Source: Candidatus Gastranaerophilales bacterium (lineage in GTDB: Bacteria > Cyanobacteriota > Vampirovibrionia > Gastranaerophilales > Gastranaerophilaceae). Taken from it: a stretch of 64,000 nucleotides of DNA. Shown here in pieces: positions 1-9,227 of the stretch (position 1 is its first letter; each line of letters starts with the position of its first letter). The DNA lies in NCBI GenBank assembly GCA_944325075.1, contig CALUYU010000002.1, forward strand, positions 6,970 through 70,969. The letters are read 5' to 3'. The translations under genes were made by a program, and so were the position numbers. The notes beneath the pieces are model-generated. The model made no database searches. It was not told the origin of the DNA and saw only the letters and a program-made list of their open reading frames with translations.

Positions 1-590
1 GTTAAATATCCGTTTGCATTTTGTGTAACATTTACGGAGCCGGCCTTGCTTACAGCATTAAAATATCCTGCAGGAAACTCGGATATACTTTGATATCTGT
101 TTGTGTCATAAAGCTCATAAGGAATTTTTGCATTTATTTTAAATTTTTCTGCAAATTGCTTGTTATAATTTTCGGTTCTCTGTCCGTCAAATACATTCTG
201 TGAAAGCGGACTGAATCCGACAATCAGATTATTAATACCTTTTATTGAATTATAAAACTCTTTGTCTGAATCCGGGTTTTCATTGTCAGTGCTTTGGATA
301 AGCGCATCAAATCCTATAACTTTAGGCTTGGAATAAGTGTTAAGATATTCCATTATCTGTCCGTAATATTCCCGCGGCCATGGCCATCTGTGATAAGAAA
401 TCGATTTGTCATCAATTGCAATAATCGCTATTTCTTCCGAACCGCTTCTCACTGCCGTAAAATATTTTGTCATAAAGTTATAAGCAAATGGTTCCAAAAA
501 CGACCATGATAATATCGTTACAATAATCGCTAAAAATAAAAGCAGAAAAAATGATTTTATAAAAAATCCCTTTGATTTAAGTATTTTCAT
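1..590 (-). CDS. CHASE2-domain sensor protein, N-terminal part (gene continues past the left window edge)
   Basis: Absent from the ORF track because there is no stop in the window. Manual reverse translation from the ATG (complement of 588-590) gives MKILKSKGFFIKSFFLLLFLAIIVTILSWSF...EEIAIIAIDDKSISYHRWPWPREYYGQIMEYLNTYSKPKVIGFDALI. One N-terminal TM, then an IAIDD..WPWPR..GFD pattern collinear with the N-terminus of the CHASE2-GGDEF protein at 56329-58113. Confidence 0.7.
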   Translation of the reverse strand, partial: MKILKSKGFFIKSFFLLLFLAIIVTILSWSFLEPFAYNFMTKYFTAVRSGSEEIAIIAIDDKSISYHRWPWPREYYGQIMEYLNTYSKPKVIGFDALIQSTDNENPDSDKEFYNSIKGINNLIVGFSPLSQNVFDGQRTENYNKQFAEKFKINAKIPYELYDTNRYQSISEFPAGYFNAVSKAGSVNVTQNANGYL

Positions 591-648
591 GACTTAGTTT
601 CATCCCTTTTTGTTTATGATATAATAAATTTGCAAAAAAGGACAATAT

Positions 649-1257
649 ATGAACAAAAGTTTAATAGACATACTTGGAGAGGAAAAATTATTTCCTATAA
701 TAAGAAGCAAGAGTGCGCAGGAAGTTATCGATACTGCAAAGGCTCTTGCGGACGGCGGTGTAAAAATTATGGAGATAAATCTTGAATCTGTAGAAGTTTA
801 TGATGCTATTAAAGAGGTTTCAAAATTTGCACATGTGTGTGCCGGCGGAGTAATTACTTCTCTTCAGGCTCAGGCCTCTATCGAATCCGGAGCGGAAATT
901 TTTTCATCACCGATTTTCCAGATGAACCTGGTTAAAATTTCAAAGGATAGGGAAATCCCTTTTATTGCCGGTGCCTCTACTCCAAATGAAGCGTACAATG
1001 CTTGGAAAGCGAGAATCCCTCTTATAAAACTTTATCCGGTCACTGCAATGGGCGGGGTATTGTATGTAGAAGATATGTTGAGACCAATGCCGTTTTTAAA
1101 GGTTCTGGTTCAGGGAAATGTTAAATTGCATGAAGTGTCTTCTTATATCAAAAACGGAGCATTCGCAGTCGGTGTTGGAAGGGATTTATATGAAGGCAGA
1201 TCGTATTCCGAAATTACAACACGTGTGAAAAATGTTTTAGCTGAACTGAAAGGATAA
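649..1257 (+). CDS. eda: KDPG/KHG aldolase (Eda family)
   Basis: 202 aa. MEINLES and IPLIKLYPVTAMGG match the aldolase IEITL and K-FPa..GG (Schiff-base Lys) blocks. A kdgK-like kinase follows 1 nt later. Confidence 0.8.
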   Translation: MNKSLIDILGEEKLFPIIRSKSAQEVIDTAKALADGGVKIMEINLESVEVYDAIKEVSKFAHVCAGGVITSLQAQASIESGAEIFSSPIFQMNLVKISKDREIPFIAGASTPNEAYNAWKARIPLIKLYPVTAMGGVLYVEDMLRPMPFLKVLVQGNVKLHEVSSYIKNGAFAVGVGRDLYEGRSYSEITTRVKNVLAELKG

Positions 1258-1258
1258 T

Positions 1259-2200
1259 ATGAGCGATACTCTTGATATTGTTACTTTAGGTGAATGTTTA
1301 ATTGAGCTTTCAAGCGATACCAGCCTCTGCTGTACCGAATGTCTCCATAAATATTATGGCGGGGATGTACTTGTTTCTGCTGTCACGGCTGCACGGCTTG
1401 GGGCTAAGGTCGGTTTTATCAGCAGAATAGCAGATGACCCTTTTAAGGATTTTTTAATGGAGTCATGGCGCAGTGAAGGAATTGATATTTCACAGCTTAA
1501 GTTTGCAAATGAACACAATGGTCTTTATTTTATAACTAATAATTCAAACGAAAAAGAAATTATTTTTTACCGCAAAAAAATAGCTCCATCAAGGCTTTCA
1601 ATTGATGATATATCGGAAGAATATATTGCAAACTCGAGAATAGCTTATTCAAGCGGTATTACACAGTCTTTGTCTTTATCTGCCAAAGAAGCTGTTGCAA
1701 AATTTTATGATGTCGCTAAGAAGAATAATGTTATGACTGCTTATGACCCGAATTATTCTATAAAAATTAACACTCCAGAAAGCGCCAGAGAAAATTTTTC
1801 CGAGGTTATTGGGAATGTTGATATTCTTTTTATGAGCACAAAGTATGACACAAACAGTATTTTGGAGCTTGACTCCATAGAAAATATTATGAAAAAGCTC
1901 TGGGATATCGGCGTAAGTATTATAGTCCTTAAATCAAGTGAAAAGGGCGGGTATTATACCGGCTATAACGGCAATATTGATTTTACGGAATTTTACACTA
2001 AGGATGTTGTTGATACAACCTGTTCCGGTGATGCATTTAACGGAGCATTTTTATATGGTATTACACATGGTTATACACCGATTGAGGCGGCTAAACTCGC
2101 TTGTATGACTGCAGGTTTGCAGGCCAAAGGTATTGGGGCAGTTAAATCTGTGCCTTATGCTGATGAAGTTTTTAAATTATTAAAGAAAGGTTCTAATTAG
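1259..2200 (+). CDS. kdgK: PfkB-family sugar kinase, probably 2-dehydro-3-deoxygluconokinase
   Basis: 313 aa. C-terminal DTTCSGDAFNGAF is the PfkB signature. Tightly coupled to eda. Confidence 0.75.
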   Translation: MSDTLDIVTLGECLIELSSDTSLCCTECLHKYYGGDVLVSAVTAARLGAKVGFISRIADDPFKDFLMESWRSEGIDISQLKFANEHNGLYFITNNSNEKEIIFYRKKIAPSRLSIDDISEEYIANSRIAYSSGITQSLSLSAKEAVAKFYDVAKKNNVMTAYDPNYSIKINTPESARENFSEVIGNVDILFMSTKYDTNSILELDSIENIMKKLWDIGVSIIVLKSSEKGGYYTGYNGNIDFTEFYTKDVVDTTCSGDAFNGAFLYGITHGYTPIEAAKLACMTAGLQAKGIGAVKSVPYADEVFKLLKKGSN

Positions 2201-2204
2201 TATA

Positions 2205-3218
2205 GTGACAAAGGTTCTGTTATCTGGATATTACGGGTATGAAAATTTTGGAGATGAGGCTATTCTTGCTGTTATCATAGATCATCTTCAGCGGCTTGGA
2301 GCCGATATAACGGTTCTTTCGCATAATCCCGAGCTTACATCGGGAACTTACGGGGTAAAGTCTGTTAAAAATTTTAGCTTATTGGCACTGCTTAATGCTA
2401 TAAATAACTGTGATGTACTGATTTCCGGCGGCGGAAGCCTTCTTCAGGATGTGACAAGCCTTAAAAGTCTTTTATACTACTCTTTCATCATTTGGTTTGC
2501 CAAACTTTGCAAAAAGAAAGTTATTATTTTTGCCCAGGGAATAGGCCCTTTGCAGCGTAAATTGTCACAAGATATAGTCATTAATTTGTTATCAAAATGC
2601 GATCTTGTTACTGTGAGAGATATAAAAAGTCTTGAGCTGCTCCAAAATGCAGGAATAAAAGCCTCACTCGTATCTGATCCGGTATTTTCTGTAGATCTTC
2701 CTCGCGGTAAAACCGAAAATACTGTTGGCATTCAACTAAGAGCCTTTAAAACTCTTAATGAAGAATTTTTGTTTAATCTTGCAAGACAGGTTGCCATTGA
2801 TTTCGGAGACAAGAAAATTGAACTTTATGTGTTTCAGCAGGCGCTGGATATGGATATTTGTTTGACTTTTGAAAAGATGCTTAAAACTATCGATCCGCAG
2901 ATTCAAACAGAAATTATTCATTCTCTTTCTAAAAATGATATTATAATTAAAATCTCAAGACTTGAGTATATGATTGCAATGCGTTTCCATGCTGTGCTTG
3001 TTGCGATTAAGACCGGAGTCAAAACTCTTGCTATAAATTATGACGCTAAAGTTGCAAAACTTGCGTATGAAGCATTCCTTCCTCTTTTGACAATTTCTGT
3101 TGATGAGGATTTTAAGGCGGCTTTTGATAAAATGAGAGCGCTGGATTCAGAAACTCTGCTTAAATTTGCTAACTCCAAATCATTTGAGTGGAACCTATTT
3201 GATCCATTCTTGAAGTAA
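2205..3218 (+). CDS. csaB: Polysaccharide pyruvyl transferase CsaB
   Basis: 337 aa with a GTG start. The N-terminus VLLSGYYGYENFGDEAILAVI is typical of CsaB/pyruvyl transferases. Confidence 0.75.
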   Translation: MTKVLLSGYYGYENFGDEAILAVIIDHLQRLGADITVLSHNPELTSGTYGVKSVKNFSLLALLNAINNCDVLISGGGSLLQDVTSLKSLLYYSFIIWFAKLCKKKVIIFAQGIGPLQRKLSQDIVINLLSKCDLVTVRDIKSLELLQNAGIKASLVSDPVFSVDLPRGKTENTVGIQLRAFKTLNEEFLFNLARQVAIDFGDKKIELYVFQQALDMDICLTFEKMLKTIDPQIQTEIIHSLSKNDIIIKISRLEYMIAMRFHAVLVAIKTGVKTLAINYDAKVAKLAYEAFLPLLTISVDEDFKAAFDKMRALDSETLLKFANSKSFEWNLFDPFLK

Positions 3219-3260
3219 TTTTTCAATATGTGTTCTTAATTTTGATGTTTTTGACTTTAT

Positions 3261-4043
3261 TTATGCTCGACCGTATAAATTGTAGTAAGTCTCAGCTGCA
3301 ATTTCTTTCCCGTCCGGGTTTTCGGCTAATTCCTTTAATCCTTCAAGAATTTCTTCACGGGTAATTGTGCCGTCATACTTCCCGTCCACCGCTGAATCGA
3401 GCATTGCCATTAGTGTTGCCCCCTCTTTCCAGTCTAGCTTTTTATCCTCATATAAATCTAATTTGTCAAAAACTTTTTCCGCTTCAGCTTTTAATTTTGC
3501 CTTTTCATCGTTTGTGCTTGCGGTTGTTGCAAATTGGGAGATGTAGTATTTGCTGAATTCTTCCTTTGAAAGTTTTCCGCTTTTATCTCCCAAGCCTGAT
3601 TTGTAATCCATAAATCCGATGAAAGATTTTGCTAAATTATTTAAAAAACTGCGATACTTTATATGCAAATCTATATTTTCATCATCCGTTTTTCCAGGCT
3701 TTTTATCAAGGTTTACCCATTTATTAGTTACAAATTGAGTGTCATTTTGTTTTACTAAATTGGCTCCTAAGGAAGTGTCCTGCTTTTTACTGACTCTTCC
3801 GGCACCTCTTTCGTCAAAATATGTTCTCTGACTCGGATAATATTCTGGAACTTGATACATATCATATGGATAAAATGAAATTTGCGGATAATAGTATAAT
3901 GGTGGGCTCAAAAAGCCAAATCCAAATACTCCAGGACAAAAATGTCTACGGCTTAACAAATCAGCCGTCAGGCATATTGCTGCGGTATCATTAAAAAATT
4001 TTGGCAGTCTTGAGACCACTCCGTTCCAGTATTCTGATCCCAT
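3261..4043 (-). CDS. Hypothetical protein with a C-terminal EF-hand-like pair and an aromatic/Pro-rich N-terminal region
   Basis: 260 aa. The loop DGKYDGTITREE fits the EF-hand pattern D-x-x-x-D-G-x-I-x-x-x-E and is preceded by the degenerate loop DLYEDKKLDWKE. SD AGAGGA lies upstream of the ATG. Confidence 0.55.
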   Translation of the reverse strand: MGSEYWNGVVSRLPKFFNDTAAICLTADLLSRRHFCPGVFGFGFLSPPLYYYPQISFYPYDMYQVPEYYPSQRTYFDERGAGRVSKKQDTSLGANLVKQNDTQFVTNKWVNLDKKPGKTDDENIDLHIKYRSFLNNLAKSFIGFMDYKSGLGDKSGKLSKEEFSKYYISQFATTASTNDEKAKLKAEAEKVFDKLDLYEDKKLDWKEGATLMAMLDSAVDGKYDGTITREEILEGLKELAENPDGKEIAAETYYNLYGRA

Positions 4044-4144
4044 GTTGTAATTCCTCTATATATATAAAATATATTTTTATTAAGTAATTGTTTGTTTATT
4101 TATATATATTTACAAAACTTTATGAAATAATTTCTGTATGCTGA

Positions 4145-4173
4145 TTGACAACCAATTTTATTTTTAATACAAT
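4145..4173 (+). promoter_or_regulatory. Sigma-70-type promoter, probably for tRNA-Leu
   Basis: TTGACA (4145-4150), 17-nt spacer, TACAAT (4168-4173). Lies about 90 nt upstream of the tRNA. Confidence 0.5.
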
Positions 4174-4260
4174 AAATATTGAACTTAAGGTATTTGACTG
4201 AACTTGCTTACCATAGGCCTTACCAAGAGTTCTATTTAAATGTTAATTAAATATACACAT

Positions 4261-4350
4261 GCCCTTGTGGCGGAATCGGTAGACGCGTTGGACTTAAAAT
4301 CCAATCGGGGCTCAACCTCGGTGCCAGTTCAAGTCTGGCCAAGGGCACCA
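4261..4350 (+). tRNA. tRNA-Leu (anticodon UAA), long variable arm, CCA encoded
   Basis: Acceptor GCCCTTG pairs with CAAGGGC. The anticodon loop CTTAAAA gives TAA. T-loop GTTCAAGTC. Discriminator A followed by CCA. Confidence 0.95.
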
Positions 4351-4357
4351 CTCAAGG

Positions 4358-4385
4358 AAAAGAACCAGAAATGGTTCTTTTTTTG
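4358..4385 (+). terminator. Rho-independent terminator after tRNA-Leu
   Basis: AAAGAACCA-gaaa-TGGTTCTTT stem-loop followed by a T run. Confidence 0.8.
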
Positions 4386-4549
4386 TGTGCTTGAGCAGAG
4401 GCCATACTCTCACACGCCGGTCTAAATTCGAGTTACCACTCTCATTAAGGTTGGCGGTTTACCGCTGAATTTTCTACTGTAAAAATATTACCTTATTAAT
4501 TCTTGCTTATTTATTAAAAGTTTGTTATAATTATCACAAAGAGGTATTT

Positions 4550-4945
4550 ATGACAGAAAATATTGACTCTAAAAAGTTCGCGTGCATCATTGCAAGATTT
4601 TTAGATGATAAGTTAGGTAAGGATATTTCAATATTAAATATTGGACATGTTTCTTCTCTTGCTGACTATTTTGTAATTGTTACCGGTGATTCTACTCCGC
4701 ACGTTAAGGCGCTTATGGAAACGGTTAAGGAGCAGGTTAAAAAACGTCTCAGTCGTATGCCGGTTCGAATGGAAAATGATCTGCGTAATCGGTGGGATTT
4801 ACTTGATTACGGGGATGTTGTAGTGCATATCCTTCACAAAGAAGAAAGAGAAACTTACGCGATTGAAAAATTTTGGAATAACGCATTTAGTGTTTCAGAA
4901 GATGAATGGCGTGAACTTTCTAAAGAGTATGCTACTTATGATTAA
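4550..4945 (+). CDS. rsfS: Ribosome silencing factor RsfS (iojap family)
   Basis: 131 aa. LADYFVIVTGDSTPHVKAL and DYGDVVVHI are typical RsfS blocks. Confidence 0.9.
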   Translation: MTENIDSKKFACIIARFLDDKLGKDISILNIGHVSSLADYFVIVTGDSTPHVKALMETVKEQVKKRLSRMPVRMENDLRNRWDLLDYGDVVVHILHKEERETYAIEKFWNNAFSVSEDEWRELSKEYATYD

Positions 4946-4983
4946 AATTGTTAATCAATTTAAAAAGAGAGAGATTTTAAAAT

Positions 4984-6045
4984 ATGGAAAAACAGGATTT
5001 AGAAAAACAGATTAATGAAACGGTTATGGCTATGGCTAAGGCTCCTAAAGAGCTTTCAAATTACCATAAATTATCCAGGCTGTACCTTGAACAGCAGGAT
5101 TATGATAAGGTTATGTCCGTGCTGGAAAGTATTTTGGCTATTGATCCAAATGATGTTCAGGCCCTCGTTGGCATGGGGACGATGTGGTTTTATGAACGTG
5201 ATTTTAGAAAATCTCTTTCATATTACAACAGGGCCCTGGATATTAATCCGAAAAATTATCTGATTTATTACAATATAGGTAATGTTTTTGCTGAATGGAA
5301 AAATTTCTCAAAAGCCTTATTTTATTACACTCGTGCAATTGATTTAAATTCTGTTAATCCTGAAATTTATAATGCTATAGCACTTCTTTATCAAGATAAT
5401 GAGGATTACATTGAATCAAAAGCATATTATGAAAAAGCACTTTCTCTTGACCCTGAAAATGTTACGGCATTGGTTGATATGGGAAATGTCTGTTTTAAAA
5501 TATTTGATTATGAAACTGCATTGTCCCTTTATAAACGGGTTTTTGCACTGAATATCGACAATAAAGCCGTTGCAATATGTATTGGAAATACGCTTACCCT
5601 CATGAAACGCCGTGAAGAGGCTTATTCATATTTTGAAAAAGCGCTTTCCATGGAAGGTGATAATTATCGTGCCTACATTTGTTATGCAATTTCGCTGTCT
5701 GAGTTTGGTGAATATGATATGGCTGTCGGTATGTACAATAAGGCAATTGATCTTGAACCTAAAAATGTTGCTGCATACCAGCTTCTTGCAAACCTATATG
5801 CCAATGCAGGCAAGCTTGATGAGGCCGTTGATCTCTACAAAAAAGCATTACGGTTTGCTCCGAATGATGCACAGACATATTTGCTTTTGGGTAACGGGCA
5901 TTATCTTCAGGGTGATATTGAAAAAGCTATTGCTGCTTACAGGGCCGCAATTAAGCTGGAACCGGATAATGATGAACATAAACTTGTATATTATCAGGTT
6001 TTGGATGAATATATTGATAGAAAGAGAAAAGGTGAGTCCGTTTAG
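4984..6045 (+). CDS. Tetratricopeptide (TPR) repeat protein
   Basis: 353 aa. About nine repeats of the A..Y..AL..(D/E)P(N/D)N pattern at 34-aa spacing. Confidence 0.85.
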   Translation: MEKQDLEKQINETVMAMAKAPKELSNYHKLSRLYLEQQDYDKVMSVLESILAIDPNDVQALVGMGTMWFYERDFRKSLSYYNRALDINPKNYLIYYNIGNVFAEWKNFSKALFYYTRAIDLNSVNPEIYNAIALLYQDNEDYIESKAYYEKALSLDPENVTALVDMGNVCFKIFDYETALSLYKRVFALNIDNKAVAICIGNTLTLMKRREEAYSYFEKALSMEGDNYRAYICYAISLSEFGEYDMAVGMYNKAIDLEPKNVAAYQLLANLYANAGKLDEAVDLYKKALRFAPNDAQTYLLLGNGHYLQGDIEKAIAAYRAAIKLEPDNDEHKLVYYQVLDEYIDRKRKGESV

Positions 6046-6047
6046 CC

Positions 6048-6455
6048 ATGTATCATGATCAACCCCGTATGATTGAACGTATTGTATCTGCCTTAACTTA
6101 TCCGACTTTAGGTCTTGTCGGTGTTGTTTGGCTGATTATAGGTGCTCTTACCAGATCATATCCTAAAAAATTTACAATGTATCATATTTTTCAATCTGTT
6201 TTTTTAAGTATTTTATATGTTATTGTTAATTGGCTTTTCTGGCAGATAGTAAATATTTTGAGTTTTGTGCCTCTGCTTAACAGAATTATACGTCAGCTTG
6301 TGTTCTGGTTCAATATGCCGCTCGTTTTCGGCTATTCTGTTGTTCAGTGCGTTATTTACGGCTTAATTATTTATCTCACTGTATTTGCATTTATGGGGTT
6401 GTACTCCTATATCCCATGGATTTCTGATATAATTAAATCAAATTTTAAGGATTAA
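6048..6455 (+). CDS. Small 4-TM membrane protein, possibly Tic20-like
   Basis: 135 aa with four hydrophobic segments. The N-terminal ERIVSALTYPTLG resembles the Tic20-family start. Family assignment is from memory only. Confidence 0.5.
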   Translation: MYHDQPRMIERIVSALTYPTLGLVGVVWLIIGALTRSYPKKFTMYHIFQSVFLSILYVIVNWLFWQIVNILSFVPLLNRIIRQLVFWFNMPLVFGYSVVQCVIYGLIIYLTVFAFMGLYSYIPWISDIIKSNFKD

Positions 6456-6475
6456 TTAAATAACTTAATATTCAC

Positions 6476-6504
6476 TTGCTAATATTTTTTCAGCGTGATA
6501 GAAT
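6476..6504 (+). promoter_or_regulatory. Candidate promoter of rpmE (extended -10)
   Basis: TTGCTA, 17-nt spacer ending in TGa, then TAGAAT (6499-6504). Confidence 0.45.
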
Positions 6505-6567
6505 TTTAATAGTCGAAATTTACATAATAATCAAGTTTGGAATCTTGAGCAAAGAAAGAGGTAAAAA

Positions 6568-6768
6568 ATGAAAAGTGGAATTCATCCGGATTATAAGAAA
6601 ACCGTTATTAAATGTGTATGCGGCAATGAAATAGAAACCGGTTCGGTAGTTGATGGTATAACAGTTGAAATTTGTAATAAATGCCATCCTTTCTACACCG
6701 GCCAGCAAAAAATTCTTGACTCAGAAGGTCGTGTAGAAAGATTTAATAAACGTTATGGCAATAAATAA
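6568..6768 (+). CDS. rpmE: 50S ribosomal protein L31 (Zn-ribbon type)
   Basis: [21 protein letters not shown]...[10 protein letters not shown] is canonical L31 with both Cys pairs. Confidence 0.95.
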   Translation: MKSGIHPDYKKTVIKCVCGNEIETGSVVDGITVEICNKCHPFYTGQQKILDSEGRVERFNKRYGNK

Positions 6769-6790
6769 ATAAAATTTAATTTTATTTTCA

Positions 6791-6824
6791 AAGGGCATCG
6801 AGATTTAAATCGATGCCTTTTGTG
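6791..6824 (+). terminator. Rho-independent terminator after rpmE
   Basis: AAGGGCATCGA-gatttaaa-TCGATGCCTTT stem followed by T-rich sequence. Confidence 0.8.
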
Positions 6825-6900
6825 TTTCAAATTGTTAAAATATGGAAAAATATGTTTTATCGGGTTATGATTAGTAAAATATGTATTAAGGAGTGACAAA

Positions 6901-7596
6901 ATGCAAGATAATAATAAGCCGGTTGTTAATTTAATTTCAAAACCTCAAAACATGTTAAAAACAATATACACAGCTTGTCGTACCTGTTATAGTCCGGATT
7001 ATCCTATTAATATTTATAACAGTACGGATGACACGGAGAAAATGCTTAAGTTGATAGAGCGTGTAATCTCCTCAGGCCATTATTCAACTATTGAGCATAT
7101 TCAGGTTAGTTTTGCAATTTCGAATGTTTCACGTGCTTGTACACATCAGCTTGTCCGGCACAGACATATGTCCTTTTCGCAAAAGTCACAGCGCTATGTC
7201 AAAGAAAAAGGTCAGTTTGACTATATAATTCCTCCTACTATTGATAAAAACCCTGAATTAAAAGAAAAATTCGTTTCATTTATGGGGGAAATCTCTGAGA
7301 AATATCAGGAATTTCTTGAGGCCGGAATACCTGCAGAAGATGCAAGAGCAGTTTTGCCTAACGCGACAGCAAGTTCTATGGTTGCAAGCCTTAATCTTAG
7401 AGAATTAATTCATCTGGCAAATTTACGTCTATGTACCCGCGCACAGTATGAGATCAGGCTTTTAGTTAATGAAATGTGCAATGCACTTATTGCAGAAGAA
7501 CCTTGGATTAAACCATATTTGGTTCCTAAATGCGAACGTCTTGGGTTCTGTGATGAGGATAAATCTTGCGGAAGAAAACCAAAGCTTCAGTTATAG
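6901..7596 (+). CDS. thyX: FAD-dependent thymidylate synthase ThyX
   Basis: RHRHMSFSQKSQRY matches the ThyX signature RHRxxSxxxxSxR. Confidence 0.95.
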   Translation: MQDNNKPVVNLISKPQNMLKTIYTACRTCYSPDYPINIYNSTDDTEKMLKLIERVISSGHYSTIEHIQVSFAISNVSRACTHQLVRHRHMSFSQKSQRYVKEKGQFDYIIPPTIDKNPELKEKFVSFMGEISEKYQEFLEAGIPAEDARAVLPNATASSMVASLNLRELIHLANLRLCTRAQYEIRLLVNEMCNALIAEEPWIKPYLVPKCERLGFCDEDKSCGRKPKLQL

Positions 7597-7748
7597 CGGC
7601 TAAATAAACAAATTTATATTAATTTTGTCCACTTTCGGTGGAAAGTTTAGACTGAAAATATTTAACAAATTCTTCATAAATACTTTTTTTTTAAGCGTGT
7701 TTGATTTATATTTTTCTGGTTGGCAAAAATTATGAGGAATTAAAATAA

Positions 7749-9122
7749 ATGTACAATGTAGCGATTGTTGGAGCAGGACCGGCCGGAATTTTTGCGGCGC
7801 TTGAAATAACCAAGCTAAAACCTGAGTGGAAAGTAGTTTTAATTGAAAAAGGTGAAAAAATAGAAAAAAGAAAATGTCTTTTGCGTGAAGGTTATGCAAA
7901 ATGTCCTACATGCAGAAAATGCGGATTATTATGCGGATGGGGCGGAGCAGGAGCTTTTTCTGACGGCAAACTTACTTTAACTCCTGATGTTGGCGGACAT
8001 ATGGTTGATTATATGTCCAGAGAGAAAGTTGAAAAATTAATAAAGTATGCAGATGATTTATATTTAAAATTCGGTGCAACAGAAGAAGTTTTCGGCACTG
8101 ATATGAAAACATTCAGAGAACTTGAAAGACAGGCATCATTGGCCGAATTAAAACTTGTTCATTCTCCGGTTCGACATTTGGGTACAGAAAGAAGCCTGGA
8201 TGTTTTAAAAAGTATGCAGGACTATCTTGATGAACGAATTACTATATTAAATGATGTTTCAGCCCAGAGTCTTATAGTTGAATGCGAACAGGTTAAGGGC
8301 CTTGTATTGGACAATGGTGAAACTATTCGTGCAGAATATACTATCATCGCTCCTGGACGTGAAGGAGCGGATTGGCTTACTAAAGAGTTTGGTAAAAATA
8401 AAATCGGTATGGTTAATAATGCTGTTGATGTCGGGGTTCGTGTTGAACTTCCTGCTCCAGTTTTTGAACCTTTAACTTCAAAACTTTATGAGTCAAAACT
8501 TATCTATCATTCGCCAACATTTGGAGATGAAGTAAGAACATTTTGTATGAACCCTAACGGTGAAGTTGTTCAGGAAAATTATAATGGTATTTCCACTGTA
8601 AATGGACACAGTTACGCTGAAAAGACAACAAATAATACTAACTTTGCGCTTCTTGTAAGCGAAAAATTTACCGAACCTTTCAAAGAACCTATCCAATATG
8701 GCCAGCACATTGCAAGTTTGGCAAATATGCTTGCGGGCGGAATTTTGGTTCAAAGGTTTGGGGACTTGCTTGACGGAAGACGCTCTACTCCGGAAAGAAT
8801 TAAAGCCAGTATTCTTACACCGACACTTACCTGTGCAACTCCGGGGGACTTGAGTCTTGTTATTCCTTATAGACAAATGACCAGTATAATTGAAATGCTT
8901 TACGCCTTAGATAAAATCGCTCCGGGTACTGCATCTCGTTATACTTTACTTTACGGTATTGAAGTTAAGTTCTATTCAGCAAGAGTAAAACTAACAGATG
9001 AGTTAGAGACAGAAGGTGTTAAAAATCTTTTTGCAATAGGTGATGGCGCTGGTGTTACCCGTGGATTAATCCAGGCGTCGGCATCTGGCGTACACGCTGC
9101 AAGGGTGATTTGTTCAAGATAA
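7749..9122 (+). CDS. FAD/NAD(P)-binding oxidoreductase (uncharacterised FAD-dependent dehydrogenase type)
   Basis: 457 aa. N-terminal VAIVGAGPAGIFAALE dinucleotide fold and C-terminal FAIGDGAGVTRG. Confidence 0.7.
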   Translation: MYNVAIVGAGPAGIFAALEITKLKPEWKVVLIEKGEKIEKRKCLLREGYAKCPTCRKCGLLCGWGGAGAFSDGKLTLTPDVGGHMVDYMSREKVEKLIKYADDLYLKFGATEEVFGTDMKTFRELERQASLAELKLVHSPVRHLGTERSLDVLKSMQDYLDERITILNDVSAQSLIVECEQVKGLVLDNGETIRAEYTIIAPGREGADWLTKEFGKNKIGMVNNAVDVGVRVELPAPVFEPLTSKLYESKLIYHSPTFGDEVRTFCMNPNGEVVQENYNGISTVNGHSYAEKTTNNTNFALLVSEKFTEPFKEPIQYGQHIASLANMLAGGILVQRFGDLLDGRRSTPERIKASILTPTLTCATPGDLSLVIPYRQMTSIIEMLYALDKIAPGTASRYTLLYGIEVKFYSARVKLTDELETEGVKNLFAIGDGAGVTRGLIQASASGVHAARVICSR

Positions 9123-9174
9123 TAGTTTGGACATATAACCTTTAAATCAACAATAAATTAGTATATAAAAGATA

Positions 9175-9205
9175 GCCCCATATTCATATATGGGGCCCTT
9201 TTATG
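9175..9205. terminator. Bidirectional terminator between convergent genes
   Basis: GCCCCATAT-tcat-ATATGGGGC hairpin with T/A runs on both sides. Confidence 0.7.
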
Positions 9206-9227
9206 ATTTTTTATTTATTGTGAAGTT

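Noticed and set aside
4240-4425. 61-aa ORF
   Set aside because: It is the translation of tRNA-Leu and its terminator, not a gene.
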